A DNA stretch of 64,000 nucleotides from a virus. How positions within the stretch are numbered: the first letter of the stretch is position 1; each line of letters opens with the position of its first letter. Shown here piece after piece: positions 1 to 9,173 of this stretch. The notes under the pieces are model-generated. The model ran no database searches. It saw nothing but the letters and a program-made list of their open reading frames with translations, and was not told the origin of the DNA. The position numbers and the translations under genes are program-made. The stretch covers positions 1 through 64,000 of IMG/VR virus record IMGVR_UViG_3300009523_000001, one strand, 5' to 3'.

Positions 1-2
1 AA

Positions 3-269
3 GGTGTACATTTCGATCTAGATGAGTCGGACCTGTTGGCTGTGTGGGTAGATACATGTCCAGTTTTTGGGATTAAGCTGCAATTCAATAGGAACAGGGC
101 GGATGACTCTATTTCTGTAGATCGTAGAGACAACACAAAAGGTTATATCCGCGGAAACGTGATGGTCATGTCGTGGAAGGCAAATAGGTTGAAAAGTGAC
201 GCGACAATCGAAGACCTTGATAGGTTGGTTCGGTTTATGCGAAGCGAGGAGGTTGACCCACTGTCATGA
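3..269 (+). CDS. Phage HNH-like endonuclease, 5'-truncated by the window edge
   Basis: Frame open from position 3; CPVFG...SISVDRRDNTKGYIRGNVMVMSWKANRLK motif typical of phage HNH-like proteins. Confidence 0.7.
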   Translation, partial: GVHFDLDESDLLAVWVDTCPVFGIKLQFNRNRADDSISVDRRDNTKGYIRGNVMVMSWKANRLKSDATIEDLDRLVRFMRSEEVDPLS

Positions 270-370
270 GCATTCAACCGCCGGTGCCACGAGTGCGACC
301 ATGCGCAGCGAGCCACGGCGCAGAACTGGCATCCGGTTCAAGTGGCAACAGCGAACATAGGAGGCTGCAC

Positions 371-943
371 ATGAAGATGTATTGGATCGATTTAGAAACT
401 TCAGGGCTCGTGCCCGAGAGCAACGATCTGCTCGAGATAGCCATCGCCGAGGCCGACCTCGAGCGTCCGTTCGACATCGGCCCCATTCGCAACTCTGTGT
501 TTCGGTTCGTCGACACCTCTCGGCTTAGCACCGACTTCGCGCGACGGTCCCACCGGGAGAGCGGACTGCTCGACGAGTGCGCTCGGTCCACGACGACCGT
601 GGCCGAGATCGAAGAGCATCTGCTGACGATCGTGCCCGAGCCAGAGGTCGCAAGCGGCGAGGACAAGCCGACACTTGCCGGGTCGACCGTGCACTTTGAC
701 CACGGGTTCTTGCGTGTCCACATGCCCCGGCTCGCTGCGCGGCTCTCGTACCGCCACTACGATGTCTCGGCGGTGAAGCTTTTCTGCCGGTCGCTCGGGA
801 TGACGAAGGTCATGAAGGCGGAAGCGCACCGGGCTCGCGCCGACATCCTGGAGTCCATCGAGCACGCGAAGCTGTGCGCGGAGTGGCTGCGAACGAAGCA
901 GCCGTGGGAGCGGCAACCGTGGGAATCGAAAGGAGATCGGTGA
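371..943 (+). CDS. orn: Oligoribonuclease (DEDDh 3'-5' exonuclease)
   Basis: WIDLETSGL, LAGSTVHFDHGFLRVHMPRL, YRHYDVS, HRARADILESI motifs; GGAGG RBS before ATG 371. Confidence 0.8.
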   Translation: MKMYWIDLETSGLVPESNDLLEIAIAEADLERPFDIGPIRNSVFRFVDTSRLSTDFARRSHRESGLLDECARSTTTVAEIEEHLLTIVPEPEVASGEDKPTLAGSTVHFDHGFLRVHMPRLAARLSYRHYDVSAVKLFCRSLGMTKVMKAEAHRARADILESIEHAKLCAEWLRTKQPWERQPWESKGDR

Positions 944-1146
944 TGGCGAGCTCTCCGTGCAAGGCGTGCGACGGCCACGGCTTCGTCATGGTCAACGCGC
1001 ACGGGCCCCAGGAACTGAAGTGCGAGGACTGCGGCGGCACCGGCGAGATTGAAGTCGAACCGGACGCTCACTGCATAACCACGGAGGACGGTGGCTGCGT
1101 CTCTCAGGATCCACGCTGCATGCACCAACCGAAGGATCGAGGATGA
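943..1146 (+). CDS. Small DnaJ-type zinc-finger protein
   Basis: CKACDGHG and CEDCGGTG (CxxCxGxG) repeats; TGATG coupling. Confidence 0.6.
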   Translation: MASSPCKACDGHGFVMVNAHGPQELKCEDCGGTGEIEVEPDAHCITTEDGGCVSQDPRCMHQPKDRG

Positions 1147-1415
1147 GCGCGAGATCGCTGTCCGCCGGCGAGCGCACCAAACTCGCTGAGATTCTAGGCG
1201 TCACCAACCCTCTTCCGATGGAAGCGATCCGAGAGGTGGGCGTCATGGCGGCATTTCTGGGTCCGGAGGAGCAGTGGAGCGACCTCGATCCGAACGCCCA
1301 GGTCGGGCTGCTGGTGGAGTGGTTTGTCTCGCGTGCAGCGGCCACGTACGGCCCGAGCGCAGCCATCGAACAGTTGACTAAGGAGATCGATTTTCTCCGG
1401 AAGGGAGTGATGTAA
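1143..1415 (+). CDS. Hypothetical protein
   Basis: ATGA overlap with upstream gene; protein-like composition. Confidence 0.6.
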   Translation: MSARSLSAGERTKLAEILGVTNPLPMEAIREVGVMAAFLGPEEQWSDLDPNAQVGLLVEWFVSRAAATYGPSAAIEQLTKEIDFLRKGVM

Positions 1416-1417
1416 AA

Positions 1418-1780
1418 ATGCCCAGCTTCAACATCAAGGTCTCGAACAACGACGAGGGAGAAAACCTCGGCGTGTACGAGTCCGATTACCTGCCGCGCGT
1501 CGGCGATCCGTTCGTGCTCTGGCATCCGCGCGTTTGCCAGAGGAAGGACGAACCGTTCTGCGCCATCGTGTCCGGAGTGACGCACGAGACAGTCAGCAAG
1601 GAACATCCGTACGGAAAGACCAATCCGGTCAACGCCAACGTGGTCGAGACGGTCGTGTGGTTGATGGAAGAGTATGCGGCCCCGGTCCTCTTCTGCGACT
1701 GCACCGAGGAGGAGCGGGTGAAGTACGAAGTGATCGACGGCACGTGCGAGAACTGCAATCACCCGAGGCACTCGTCGTGA
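1418..1780 (+). CDS. Hypothetical protein with C-terminal Cys cluster
   Basis: In operon; CDC...CENC. Confidence 0.6.
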   Translation: MPSFNIKVSNNDEGENLGVYESDYLPRVGDPFVLWHPRVCQRKDEPFCAIVSGVTHETVSKEHPYGKTNPVNANVVETVVWLMEEYAAPVLFCDCTEEERVKYEVIDGTCENCNHPRHSS

Positions 1781-1986
1781 CGACGACACCCGTCGCGTCG
1801 TGTCGGGCGTGCATCGTTGCGAACGACAAGGCCCCGCAGAAGAACGACGAGGTGTACGTCTTCTGCCTGGCGGAGTGCTTGACCCGGTCACTCAAGGACG
1901 TGCTGGAGAATCTCTGCATGCTCCACCGCGTCAAGCTCGGGGTTATGAAGGTGGTTGCCGAGCGCAGCAAAGGGAATCCCCAATGA
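1777..1986 (+). CDS. Hypothetical protein
   Basis: GTGA overlap start; fills the gap between coupled genes. Confidence 0.5.
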   Translation: MTTTPVASCRACIVANDKAPQKNDEVYVFCLAECLTRSLKDVLENLCMLHRVKLGVMKVVAERSKGNPQ

Positions 1987-3263
1987 CCACGACCGCTACT
2001 CACCTCCCGGTCTTCCGCAACGAGCATCTTAGCGTTTCACGTCTCCGCCGTTACGAGGAGTGTCCGCTCGCGTTCTACTACCAGTACGTCGACAAGCCGG
2101 AGCCGGCGCTCGACGCCGCCCGCGGCGAGCCCGCCGAGTTCGGAACGGTGCTGCACGACGCGCTGGAGCGCACCTACCAGTGGATCATGGACGAGGAGCA
2201 CGAGGGGGTCTTCCCCGAGGCGGAGCTCCTCGAGTTCTTCCGGCTCGCGTGGATCGACAGCGGCCTTGTTGGAGTGGGTCTCTACCAGGAGGGGCGGGAA
2301 ATCCTTCGTCGGTACGCGACCGACGTGGGGCGAGTCGACCACATGCGGACGCTCTCCGTCGAACGGGAGTTCAACCTGCTCGTGGGTCCGCCCGCGCATG
2401 GGTTCAAGGGGTGCCGACTGATCGACGCAAGCGAGAAGGCGCGGTGGGCTGAGGACGCCGACCACTTCGTTATCAACGGGTTCATGGATCGGGTCGACAA
2501 GCCCGAGCCGGGCATCGTCGAGATCATCGACTACAAGAGCGGGCGCTTACTTTTCTCCAAGGAGGAGCTCGCGGACGACCTCCAGATGTCCGTCTACGCG
2601 CTCGTCGCGCAGTGCCTCTACCCGTGGGCGACCGAGATCCGGATGTCCTTTCACATGCTCCGGCATGGGCTCCGGCAGATGACGGTGCGTACGGCCGAGG
2701 ACTTGGAGAGCGCTCGCCAGTACGTGCTCGCGCTCGGGACCCGCACCGAGAAGGGACCCTACAAGCCGAAGCTCAACACGCACTGCGGGACCTGTGACCA
2801 TCGCGCACGCTGCGAGGTCTACAAGCTCGCCGTCGAGCGGAAGCTCGAGGTGGTGGCGGTGAGCGCAAACGACCTCGAGACCCTCGCGATGGAGCGCGAG
2901 CGTGTCGCCAAGATCGCCAAGGCGGCCTACGCCCGGAAGGAGCACCTGGACGGCATCCTGAAGAACGCCATCGGCGAGAAGGAGAGTCTCGAGCTCGGGG
3001 GCGTCGTCTACCGGCTCGCGCAGTACTTCAACGCGAGCTACCCGATGCCCGAACTGCTCGCGCTCTTCCGGGAAGTCGGTGTGGACCTCACCCCCGCGCT
3101 GACAGTCGACAACACGGCGCTCGATGCGATAATGGGTAAGGTAGAGAACGACGAACGCATTCCACACAAGGTCCGCGATTTTTTGCGCGTGCGCGTGGCC
3201 GCCAAGTCCATCCAGACCCCGCAGAAACCTCGACTCGACGCCCGTCAGAAGAAGAAGGCATGA
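1983..3263 (+). CDS. PD-(D/E)XK nuclease, RecB/AddB/Cas4-like, with probable Fe-S cluster
   Basis: LSVSRLRRYEECP, GTVLHDALE, GFMDRVD...IIDYKSG, QMSVY, CGTCDHRARC. Confidence 0.85.
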   Translation: MTTTATHLPVFRNEHLSVSRLRRYEECPLAFYYQYVDKPEPALDAARGEPAEFGTVLHDALERTYQWIMDEEHEGVFPEAELLEFFRLAWIDSGLVGVGLYQEGREILRRYATDVGRVDHMRTLSVEREFNLLVGPPAHGFKGCRLIDASEKARWAEDADHFVINGFMDRVDKPEPGIVEIIDYKSGRLLFSKEELADDLQMSVYALVAQCLYPWATEIRMSFHMLRHGLRQMTVRTAEDLESARQYVLALGTRTEKGPYKPKLNTHCGTCDHRARCEVYKLAVERKLEVVAVSANDLETLAMERERVAKIAKAAYARKEHLDGILKNAIGEKESLELGGVVYRLAQYFNASYPMPELLALFREVGVDLTPALTVDNTALDAIMGKVENDERIPHKVRDFLRVRVAAKSIQTPQKPRLDARQKKKA

Positions 3264-3538
3264 AACTCTCGACGCTCGTTCGGACCGCCCGCTCCAAGCT
3301 GGGCCTGAACCTGCGCGACCTCGCGGAGGACGTCGGGGTGTCGGCGTCGTTTCTCTCGCGCATCGAGCGCGGCGAGCACGTCCGCATCAGCGCCCGGCGC
3401 CTCCTGCGGCTGGCGGAATCGCTCAAGCTCTCGGTCGATGAGGTCTTTCGGTGCGCCCGGCGACTGCCGCCCGACGTCGAGAAGTACGTGCTCGACAACC
3501 TGCACCGGGTCCGCCGGTCGATGGAGCGGGCAGCCTAG
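3260..3538 (+). CDS. XRE-family HTH regulator
   Basis: LNLRDLAEDVGVSASFLSRIERG. Confidence 0.85.
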   Translation: MKLSTLVRTARSKLGLNLRDLAEDVGVSASFLSRIERGEHVRISARRLLRLAESLKLSVDEVFRCARRLPPDVEKYVLDNLHRVRRSMERAA

Positions 3539-3561
3539 CGCGCGCGATTCACTTGGGTACG

Positions 3562-3945
3562 TTGACCAAGCGACTCATCCTCGACCCGTGCCCCCGGTGC
3601 GGAGTGACCCACTACCGGGCCGCGTGCGTGCTCGGTCGGTGCGAGGATTTGCTAGGATATGGTGCGGAGGGGAGGGGAGCTGCCCGCCGCGTGGCGCCGG
3701 CACCGCCCCGACCCGACCGTCCGCTCAACAGGAGTGAGATCGGTCGCCTCGGCGGTCGTGGGGCGCACGAGAGCGGGTCGGCCCACGAGTGGACGCCCGA
3801 GGAGGCGCGGGTGGCGGGCCGGAAAGGTGGGCTCGCGACGAGTTCTCGGAGCGTCCTCTCCGTCATCCGTCAGCTCGTCCAACGCGAGACTGAATCGCTG
3901 GCCGTGCGGGCACTGATGGCGCGAAAACAGGGGACCTGCGCCTGA
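3562..3945 (+). CDS. KGG-repeat (general stress protein-like) protein with N-terminal Cys motif; start uncertain
   Basis: SEIGRLGGRGAHESGSAHEWTPEEARVAGRKGG. Confidence 0.6.
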   Translation: MTKRLILDPCPRCGVTHYRAACVLGRCEDLLGYGAEGRGAARRVAPAPPRPDRPLNRSEIGRLGGRGAHESGSAHEWTPEEARVAGRKGGLATSSRSVLSVIRQLVQRETESLAVRALMARKQGTCA

Positions 3946-3963
3946 TCGTGTACGATTCCCGTT

Positions 3964-4638
3964 GTGCTCGCTCGCTGGACGCTCGCACTCTGCTTGCCGA
4001 TTCTCCTCGGCTGCGGAGCTACGTTCACCGCCTGGGGTCACGAGGCGGCGGTCGGTGCCATCGACGCGCTGACGAGTCCCGACGCGGGGGCGGCGCTCGC
4101 CACGGTGGGTGCCGAAGCGGCAAAGGCGGCAGCAAGCGCGGCGCGCGACGAGGCGCTGGGCCCGGCGACCGACGCGGACGTCCAGCGCATCCTCGCGGGA
4201 GCCGGCGCGACCGCCCGCGAGCAGGCGGATGACCTCGTGACGCTGGATCTCAGGCCGAGGCTCTTGCAAACGGTTCGGTTGGTGATCGACGAAGCGCTCG
4301 ACGAAGTGACGCTGCGGGAGATTTCGGCTCTGCGTGAGCAGATCGCGGGGCAGCCACTCCAGCAAGACCTCAACGCGCTGATCGATGCAGCGGCGCCTCA
4401 CCTGACCAAGGCCGTTCAGCAATCCATTGCCGGTGCGCTGGTGCCGATTCAGGTCGACGTGAACCAGGCCAAGGCGGCGGCGGACGCGGAGGCGGCGAAG
4501 TGGAAGCCTATCGCGATCGGGCTCGCGGTGGGAGCGGCGCTCTTGCTCGCCTGCCTCGCGCTCGCGGTTCGCATCATCGGGCACCACGCGCGAACGATTG
4601 CGGCGATGGCGCGATCGGTCGCTCCGCCCCGAGGCTAG
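3964..4638 (+). CDS. Lipoprotein with C-terminal transmembrane helix (unimolecular-spanin-like architecture)
   Basis: Signal peptide with lipobox LLGC; helical body; TM segment IAIGLAVGAALLLACLALAV. Confidence 0.65.
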   Translation: MLARWTLALCLPILLGCGATFTAWGHEAAVGAIDALTSPDAGAALATVGAEAAKAAASAARDEALGPATDADVQRILAGAGATAREQADDLVTLDLRPRLLQTVRLVIDEALDEVTLREISALREQIAGQPLQQDLNALIDAAAPHLTKAVQQSIAGALVPIQVDVNQAKAAADAEAAKWKPIAIGLAVGAALLLACLALAVRIIGHHARTIAAMARSVAPPRG

Positions 4639-4675
4639 AAAAGCTTGCTACGCTACCCAGTGGCGGAGGTGACAC

Positions 4676-4834
4676 ATGGCGACAATGGTCTGGCCGTTGC
4701 TCGTGGCGATCGTGGGCGGTGCAATCTGGGGCTTCTCGAAGCCAGGGAAGGTGATGGAGGTCGGGAAGATCACGTTCACCATCGGTCTCTTCTGGCTCGT
4801 GCACCTCTTGAGCGGTCGGGCGCTGCACATCTAG
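4676..4834 (+). CDS. 52-aa two-TM membrane protein (holin-like); not in the ORF track
   Basis: GGAGGT RBS; MATMVWPLLVAIVGGAIWGFSKPGKVMEVGKITFTIGLFWLVHLLSGRALHI. Confidence 0.65.
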   Translation: MATMVWPLLVAIVGGAIWGFSKPGKVMEVGKITFTIGLFWLVHLLSGRALHI

Positions 4835-5070
4835 GACGGCTCCGGCATCTCGATCGGTTCGTCGGTCTCGATGCTGTCGGTGGTGTCGTGGACGGCCTGC
4901 GCGATGGTCTCCCAGCTCATGCCGCAGTCCTTCTCCAGGTACGCCGAGTGGTGCGCGTTCCAGCCCTTGCCGTCCTCTGTCGGTCGCAGCGAGACGATGA
5001 CGACCGCCTCGGCGCCGAACTCTCGGGCGATTTCGCGAGCCTTGATCGAGATGGGGTCGGGAACAGGCAT
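4831..5070 (-). CDS. Hypothetical protein
   Basis: AAGGAG RBS; last gene of minus-strand operon. Confidence 0.55.
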   Translation of the reverse strand: MPVPDPISIKAREIAREFGAEAVVIVSLRPTEDGKGWNAHHSAYLEKDCGMSWETIAQAVHDTTDSIETDEPIEMPEPS

Positions 5071-5075
5071 AATCT

Positions 5076-5366
5076 TTACTCCTTGGTGGATTGGGATTTC
5101 ATCGCTCGTGAGAGTGTCGACCTAGTCACTTTGAGTTCGGCTGCGATGCGGTGGACAGACATTCCGTCGCGGCGCATCGCAGTGGCACGCTTCAATAGAT
5201 CCGCTCCGACGGTGCTTGGCCGTCCCCATCGCCGCCCCTGCCGTTCGAGTCTTTCTCGCCACGGCAGGTGCTTGAGCCGATTGTACGCGTCGAGCACGCG
5301 CAAGACGATCTTCCGTTCGACCTCGGCATCGGCTGCCACCATGTTGATGACGTCGCGATGATTCAT
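5076..5366 (-). CDS. Protein with resolvase-type C-terminal HTH
   Basis: GRRWGRP...GMSVHRIAAELKVTRSTLSR. Confidence 0.65.
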   Translation of the reverse strand: MNHRDVINMVAADAEVERKIVLRVLDAYNRLKHLPWRERLERQGRRWGRPSTVGADLLKRATAMRRDGMSVHRIAAELKVTRSTLSRAMKSQSTKE

Positions 5367-5923
5367 GACAACGGTTCGACGCCGAGTGCGGCACCGAGCA
5401 GGCGCGGGAGCAAGTGATCGCGCAGTTTGGTGGGTTTCCAGTCGAGCATTCGCGCGAACGCCTCGGTCAGGAGGCCCGGCATCTCCAGCGTCTCGATCGT
5501 CGGCACCTCGGCGCGGTTCGCGCAGCCGTTCGCGTCGGGGGCGACTACGTAGTGCGCGCGGCAGGACATCGGGCGAAGATCGTAGGTCAGGCAGCGGTTA
5601 TCTTCGAGCAGCGGGCACGCGAGGTGGGCTCGGTGGTAGGTGCGCAGGTCCGGCCAGGTGTCGTCGGGGTCCAGACCCGCTGCCCGCATCCCGGCGAGCC
5701 ACTGCCGGGTGCGCTCCAAGACCCGTGCTCGCTTGGCGGTCGGCATGCTCCGCACGCGCTCGGCGATTTCGTCGACCTCGGGCTTGACCGCCCATGCGAC
5801 ATCGAAACAGCATGCGCTGCACCCGTCGGCGCACGGGATACTGACCTCGGTGCGCGCGTGCCGGACGAGGCGAGCGACCGCGACATCGAACTCGCGGTAG
5901 GCGGCGCGGACGGGAGGGTTCAT
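5363..5923 (-). CDS. YkgJ/FliB-like CxxxCxxCC cysteine-cluster protein
   Basis: CADGCSACC, CPLLEDNRCLTYDLRPMSCR. Confidence 0.8.
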   Translation of the reverse strand: MNPPVRAAYREFDVAVARLVRHARTEVSIPCADGCSACCFDVAWAVKPEVDEIAERVRSMPTAKRARVLERTRQWLAGMRAAGLDPDDTWPDLRTYHRAHLACPLLEDNRCLTYDLRPMSCRAHYVVAPDANGCANRAEVPTIETLEMPGLLTEAFARMLDWKPTKLRDHLLPRLLGAALGVEPLS

Positions 5924-6390
5924 CGGCAGCGGCTCTTGTATCGGTTCCACGCCTCGACGGCTTGGAGCCACTCGAGTCGGGAACGGCGGTATCGCCGAAC
6001 AAACCAGGCCGAGGCCATAACGGAAACCAGGATGGGAATGGCGAGAGCGGATGACGCAGGCGCCAGGTCAGGGCAGGGCACGGGGGTGTTGCAGCCGACG
6101 ATGAGCGCAAGAAGAGCCGTCAAGCCAGTGCGAGCCCAGAATAGGCGCAAGCGATCGGCGCGACCCGCGCGCCCGTGCTCATGGAACCGTGGCGCGTCCG
6201 GCGACAGCTCGGAGCACTCTACGCACAGGTAGTGTCCGTCGGAGTGGCAGGTCCCTCGGCCGGTGTACCCCTTGCCATCGAAGGATTCGCACACTCCGTC
6301 GGGGTCCCGAATGCCGGGCGTACCGATGAGACCCGACTCCCCGTTCACGCTCCGACGCAGGGTCTCCCAAGCCGTCGGCAAACCGCTCAT
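5920..6390 (-). CDS. Hypothetical membrane protein, Cys-rich N-terminus
   Basis: ATGA coupling; two hydrophobic segments. Confidence 0.5.
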   Translation of the reverse strand: MSGLPTAWETLRRSVNGESGLIGTPGIRDPDGVCESFDGKGYTGRGTCHSDGHYLCVECSELSPDAPRFHEHGRAGRADRLRLFWARTGLTALLALIVGCNTPVPCPDLAPASSALAIPILVSVMASAWFVRRYRRSRLEWLQAVEAWNRYKSRCR

Positions 6391-7094
6391 GGCTTCCCCG
6401 ACAGCGGCTTGTCTGCGAGGTGGAGCTCCACCATCCGGTCGCACTCCTCGAATCGACCCTCGTACTCATCGCCGAATCGGAAACGCATTTGCTCGTAGGC
6501 GGCGATGAATCGGTGTAGGTCGGCCCGGTACGACTTTGTGTGGTTGTTGACGATGGCGGGGATGGCACTCGTCGTCCCGTCCAGCCGAGCCTTGGTGACG
6601 CGCTCCTCGGCGCGGAGCTTGGCCTGCTCCACGAGCAGCCAGTTGACGAGCGCAACCAGCCCGCTCTTGCTGTGCCGGTGCTGAACCATCTGCATCGCGG
6701 TGATGTACTCGTTATGCGATCCGCTTCGGGTCGGGAACGCCTCCTTGATGGCGTCAGTCCACTCGTCGGCGGCGTCCTCCCAGAGGCTGCGCGCGCGGAG
6801 CTCGTCCAGGACGGACCGCGTGCCGCGCGGCATCCCGAGGAGATCCACGATGGCATCGAGCTGCCGCATGTGTCCGCAGTTCTCGAGCGTGCAGGGGGAT
6901 CGCTCAGGGGTCTTGACTGGAGCAATCGCCGGAGCGACTGCCACGAGGGCGCTAGCAGCGTAGCTGTCCTCGGACCCGAACGTCGACCAGCCCGAATCGC
7001 CTTCGGAGGTTTGCCAGAAGTAAGCTAGCTGCACGTCGGCATCGGAATCATCCTTGGGTCGCACCCAGTATGCGCCAGGCGTGATGTTCGTCAT
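6387..7094 (-). CDS. Hypothetical protein
   Basis: AGGAGA RBS before ATG 7094; coupled to neighbours. Confidence 0.55.
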   Translation of the reverse strand: MTNITPGAYWVRPKDDSDADVQLAYFWQTSEGDSGWSTFGSEDSYAASALVAVAPAIAPVKTPERSPCTLENCGHMRQLDAIVDLLGMPRGTRSVLDELRARSLWEDAADEWTDAIKEAFPTRSGSHNEYITAMQMVQHRHSKSGLVALVNWLLVEQAKLRAEERVTKARLDGTTSAIPAIVNNHTKSYRADLHRFIAAYEQMRFRFGDEYEGRFEECDRMVELHLADKPLSGKP

Positions 7095-7462
7095 TTTTTC
7101 TCTCCTGTCCGCTCGATCAACACCATCCCCACCTCTTCCAGCAATCCGTCTCCTTTGCGCAGATTGCAACGCATGCACGCGATGACGAGGTTCTCCAGGG
7201 TCGTCTGGCCGCCGCGCGATCGGGGGACGACGTGTTCGATCGTTCGGGTGTTGTCTGGCCACGGACCGGTCTTCATGTACGGAGCCAGCACTGGCGCGTC
7301 AACGCAGACAATCCCGCAGTACTGGCAGCGGTAGCCATCGCGTGCGAAGACTGCCGCCCGGACGGTGACACCGAGTCGGACCTTGGCTCTTTTTCGCAGA
7401 TCGAGGGCATCGCCGGCGGGCCAGTCCACCCACACGTCTTCGTTTGCGCGCTTCAAGTCCAC
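7091..7462 (-). CDS. HNH endonuclease (McrA-like)
   Basis: VFARDGYRCQYCG...TIEHVVPRSRGG...NLVIACMRCNLRKG. Confidence 0.9.
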   Translation of the reverse strand: MDLKRANEDVWVDWPAGDALDLRKRAKVRLGVTVRAAVFARDGYRCQYCGIVCVDAPVLAPYMKTGPWPDNTRTIEHVVPRSRGGQTTLENLVIACMRCNLRKGDGLLEEVGMVLIERTGEKK

Positions 7463-7842
7463 CCTTCCTCCGGGTACCACGGCCACTCGCCGTTGCGCTG
7501 ATATCCCCACTCCTCGGCCGTCACCGGCCGCCACGTCTTGATCGACGGCAGCACTTCGCGGGAGCCAGGCCAGTCTCCCGGCCCGTCGTCCACCCACCCG
7601 AGGTCGCAGACGTAGACGCCGTCCCCGTTCGGGGCGGGGCCCATGTCGTAGCCGTTCTTCTCCGGGTCAAATCCGTCTTTGTCGGCACCATGCCCCGCCA
7701 TGACCTCGGCGAGATGCTTCCCCGCCTGCCACGCGAGCACGTACGGCTTGCCGTGCGCCACGACGACGAGCGCCTTGCCGGTGCGGGCAACCTCTCGCGT
7801 TTCCTTTTGCGCCGCCTCCAGCCTTCTTTTTGTTTCGCTCAT
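7453..7842 (-). CDS. Hypothetical protein
   Basis: MSETKRR start overlapping the upstream stop. Confidence 0.55.
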   Translation of the reverse strand: MSETKRRLEAAQKETREVARTGKALVVVAHGKPYVLAWQAGKHLAEVMAGHGADKDGFDPEKNGYDMGPAPNGDGVYVCDLGWVDDGPGDWPGSREVLPSIKTWRPVTAEEWGYQRNGEWPWYPEEGWT

Positions 7843-8072
7843 GGGATGGCCACCTTGTTCCGCTCGCCCCACGCGCGCAGGTTCTGCCGGAGCGTGACCC
7901 CTAGCCGGCGGATCTCCACCTGCCCGCTCGTCACGAGCCGCGCGAGCTGCTTGAGGGGCAGCACGGCGAGGACGTCGACCGGTCGAACGGGACGCGGTCG
8001 TGCTTCTCGTGCAGGAACGCAAGTGTGCGGCGCAGTTGCTTGCGTTGGCGCATGTGGCGCCGTCTGGACCAT
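7839..8072 (-). CDS. Hypothetical protein
   Basis: AAGGAG RBS. Confidence 0.45.
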   Translation of the reverse strand: MVQTAPHAPTQATAPHTCVPAREARPRPVRPVDVLAVLPLKQLARLVTSGQVEIRRLGVTLRQNLRAWGERNKVAIP

Positions 8073-8087
8073 CTCATGGGGATCTCC

Positions 8088-8759
8088 TTACTGTGGTGGC
8101 TCTCGTCGGGTGGTGCGTTTCGGAGCGCGTCGGGTCCGCGCGAAGTTCATGGTGGAGCGCAGTTCATTAGCCGTCTCCGGATCGCGTTTGGCGGCCCAGG
8201 CCACCGCAGCGTCAAGCTGCTGCGCCGGCAGGCTCTCGGCAGCTTGCTCGATCGCGGCGACGTCTTTCGGTCGGTCGGCCTTCGTCTTGACGAGCAGGAT
8301 GCCGCCGAGCGGAGCGATCGGGACCTGGACGCCGTAGTGGGTCTGCATGTGCGACAGCTCGATCATCTCCTGCTCGATCGGGTGCTGTGCTGCGAGAAGG
8401 TCCACACCGAGACCGAGCGGGCTGCGCAGTGGGATCATGGACCGCTCCTCGTGGATGTCGAAGAGCACCCCGTCGTCCATGTAGTGGACCGTCGCCCTGT
8501 CGGTCGGCACGTAGTCGTCTGTGCCTGCGTCGTAGAGCAGGGGCGTGTAGCCGAACGTCTCGACGAGCACGTCCGCGAAGTCTTCGAGGTTGGCCGTCGG
8601 CACGAGCGCGTCGGCGTCCTCGGTGTGTTTCGGTACGCCGTAGGCGATGAGGGCCTGACCACCGATGAGCGCCCACGGGACGCGCGCGTTGGTGGCGGCG
8701 CGCCGGATGTCGAGCAGAGCGTTCGTGACTGCGGGGTCGGAGGGGGGGATGTTGCTCAC
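8088..8759 (-). CDS. Pol-beta-superfamily nucleotidyltransferase (AbiEii/DUF6036-like)
   Basis: WALIGGQALIAYGVPKHTEDADALV; C-terminal K..A.RPKD motif. Confidence 0.75.
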   Translation of the reverse strand: MSNIPPSDPAVTNALLDIRRAATNARVPWALIGGQALIAYGVPKHTEDADALVPTANLEDFADVLVETFGYTPLLYDAGTDDYVPTDRATVHYMDDGVLFDIHEERSMIPLRSPLGLGVDLLAAQHPIEQEMIELSHMQTHYGVQVPIAPLGGILLVKTKADRPKDVAAIEQAAESLPAQQLDAAVAWAAKRDPETANELRSTMNFARTRRAPKRTTRREPPQ

Positions 8760-9166
8760 CGGGATCTCCTCTTCACGGGGGGTGGATTCGCGAGCAGTTT
8801 CTGGACAGCGTCCGTTGCCTGGATCAGGTCCGTGGCCAGCGTCTCGACGATGACGGCGTTGCCGTTCGTCAGGTACACCTCGGTCGGTTCGGCCGCCTGC
8901 TCGACGACGATGACCTCGAGCGCACCGAATCGGAAGTGCGTGCGGCGGCGAGCGGCTGGTCGATGCCGGTTGCCGGTGAGGCGGTCGCCGAACGCGAGCA
9001 TGCGGTCGACGGCGGTGATGGGGCGGACAGCTTGCCTGGACCGGTCCAGCGCGGCGCACGCGTTTGCGAGAGTGCCTCCGGCTGGCGCCGTGGGTCCGAT
9101 CGTCTTCGACCGAACCGTCCACCAGCGCATCGCTTGCGCGATCACTTCATTCTCTTCGGGTGTCAT
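8756..9166 (-). CDS. Hypothetical protein
   Basis: Coupled to the NTase gene. Confidence 0.5.
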   Translation of the reverse strand: MTPEENEVIAQAMRWWTVRSKTIGPTAPAGGTLANACAALDRSRQAVRPITAVDRMLAFGDRLTGNRHRPAARRRTHFRFGALEVIVVEQAAEPTEVYLTNGNAVIVETLATDLIQATDAVQKLLANPPPVKRRSR

Positions 9167-9173
9167 GGGGCAC

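Noticed and set aside
1983-3263. Cas4-like nuclease as sign of a CRISPR-Cas locus
   Set aside because: No cas1/cas2 and no repeat-spacer array seen anywhere in the window; solo PD-(D/E)XK nucleases are common in phages
5076-5366. Serine recombinase / transposon
   Set aside because: Only an HTH-like C-terminal part is present; no catalytic domain or terminal repeats
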